Positions 63,336-64,000 of a stretch of 64,000 nucleotides of DNA are shown in pieces (the first letter of the stretch is position 1; every line of letters begins with the position of its first letter). This DNA comes from Iphione sp. A-MEVVRFRX5 (lineage: Eukaryota). Under the pieces are notes generated by a model. The model was not told where the DNA came from. It did not search any database and saw only the letters and a program-made list of their open reading frames with translations. The stretch lies in contig OZ320315.1 in assembly GCA_976226885.1 (NCBI GenBank), positions 43,090,001-43,154,000 on the forward strand. The letters run 5' to 3'. A program made the position numbers and the translations under genes.

Positions 63336-64000
63336 GTCGTTTTCGTAGCGGTGGTCGCAATAGACACCTTGAAATCATAGTTTTTGTTCTTAAAATGCTG
63401 GTCTTAATAGGCGAATGGTCGCCCAAACCAGTGGTCACCATAGGCGAAGTATCCCATATAGAGAATGTACTAAAATTCCATCCGATCTGAGCAAAAGTGG
63501 TCGCCATAGGCGAGTGGTCGCCCCAAGCGTATGGTCGCATGGTGGGGTTCTCCTGTATTTGAACCACACCAATTACATCCCATTTCATGGGAAACATTCA
63601 GATTCATGGTAAACATGCCAAGTATGTTCTCCTATATGTGTAGTGTAAAGACAGACAAAACAGGCAGGCTACGGCATCGTTCACATATAACCGGATATTT
63701 GCGTTCTGCACCCGGACACAGGAGAGATTTTTTTCCAGCCTGCCTTTACTACTATAGGCATTCACATACATACAGATATTTCCAGACACGGACACGGGTG
63801 CGTATTTCAAACCGTCTTGGATGGGTTTGGTCCAGATACATGTCCAGATTCCTATAGACACAATGTTGAAGGGACACCTGACTACCATATGGAAGCAATT
63901 AACTACTGAGCACTGCAGGTGGTCCCTCCGGACCCATGTCCGGGGACAGATTTTTCATCAGGATGCATGTGAACAGGCCCTACCTGCTTACAACCATGCC

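Larger units (their letters stand above)
60355..63555 (-). mobile_element. Full-length pogo/Tigger DNA transposon (~3.2 kb)
   Basis: TA at 60353-60354 and 63556-63557. Imperfect TIRs: left CAGGCGAACCCGCCTATTGCGACCAC, right (revcomp) CAGGAGAACCCCACCATGCGACCAT. Subterminal GTGGTCGC/GCGACCAC motifs recur at both ends. Encloses the transposase ORF. Confidence 0.88.

Overview
Eukaryotic (animal) genomic DNA, about 44% GC by eye, mostly non-coding and repeat-rich, with two assembly gaps. Its texture resembles an invertebrate chordate such as a lancelet, but that is inference only. No rRNA, tRNA or CRISPR array was seen. Two apparently intact autonomous DNA transposons were found. (1) A Crypton-type tyrosine-recombinase element (~52724-55983, minus strand) has a 5-exon, 643-aa gene, TTAA at both ends and a ~100-bp terminal hairpin; an eroded non-autonomous relative lies at ~19409-20348. 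(2) A pogo/Tigger element (60355-63555, minus strand) has TA target duplications, TATA+Inr, a minisatellite 5'UTR and a 531-aa DD30D transposase ORF almost free of CpG. A 6.25-kb non-coding TIR-bounded element (30042-36290) carries a ~14-copy, 232-bp palindrome-rich satellite. Several MITEs, microsatellites and a few weak candidate host exons make up the rest.
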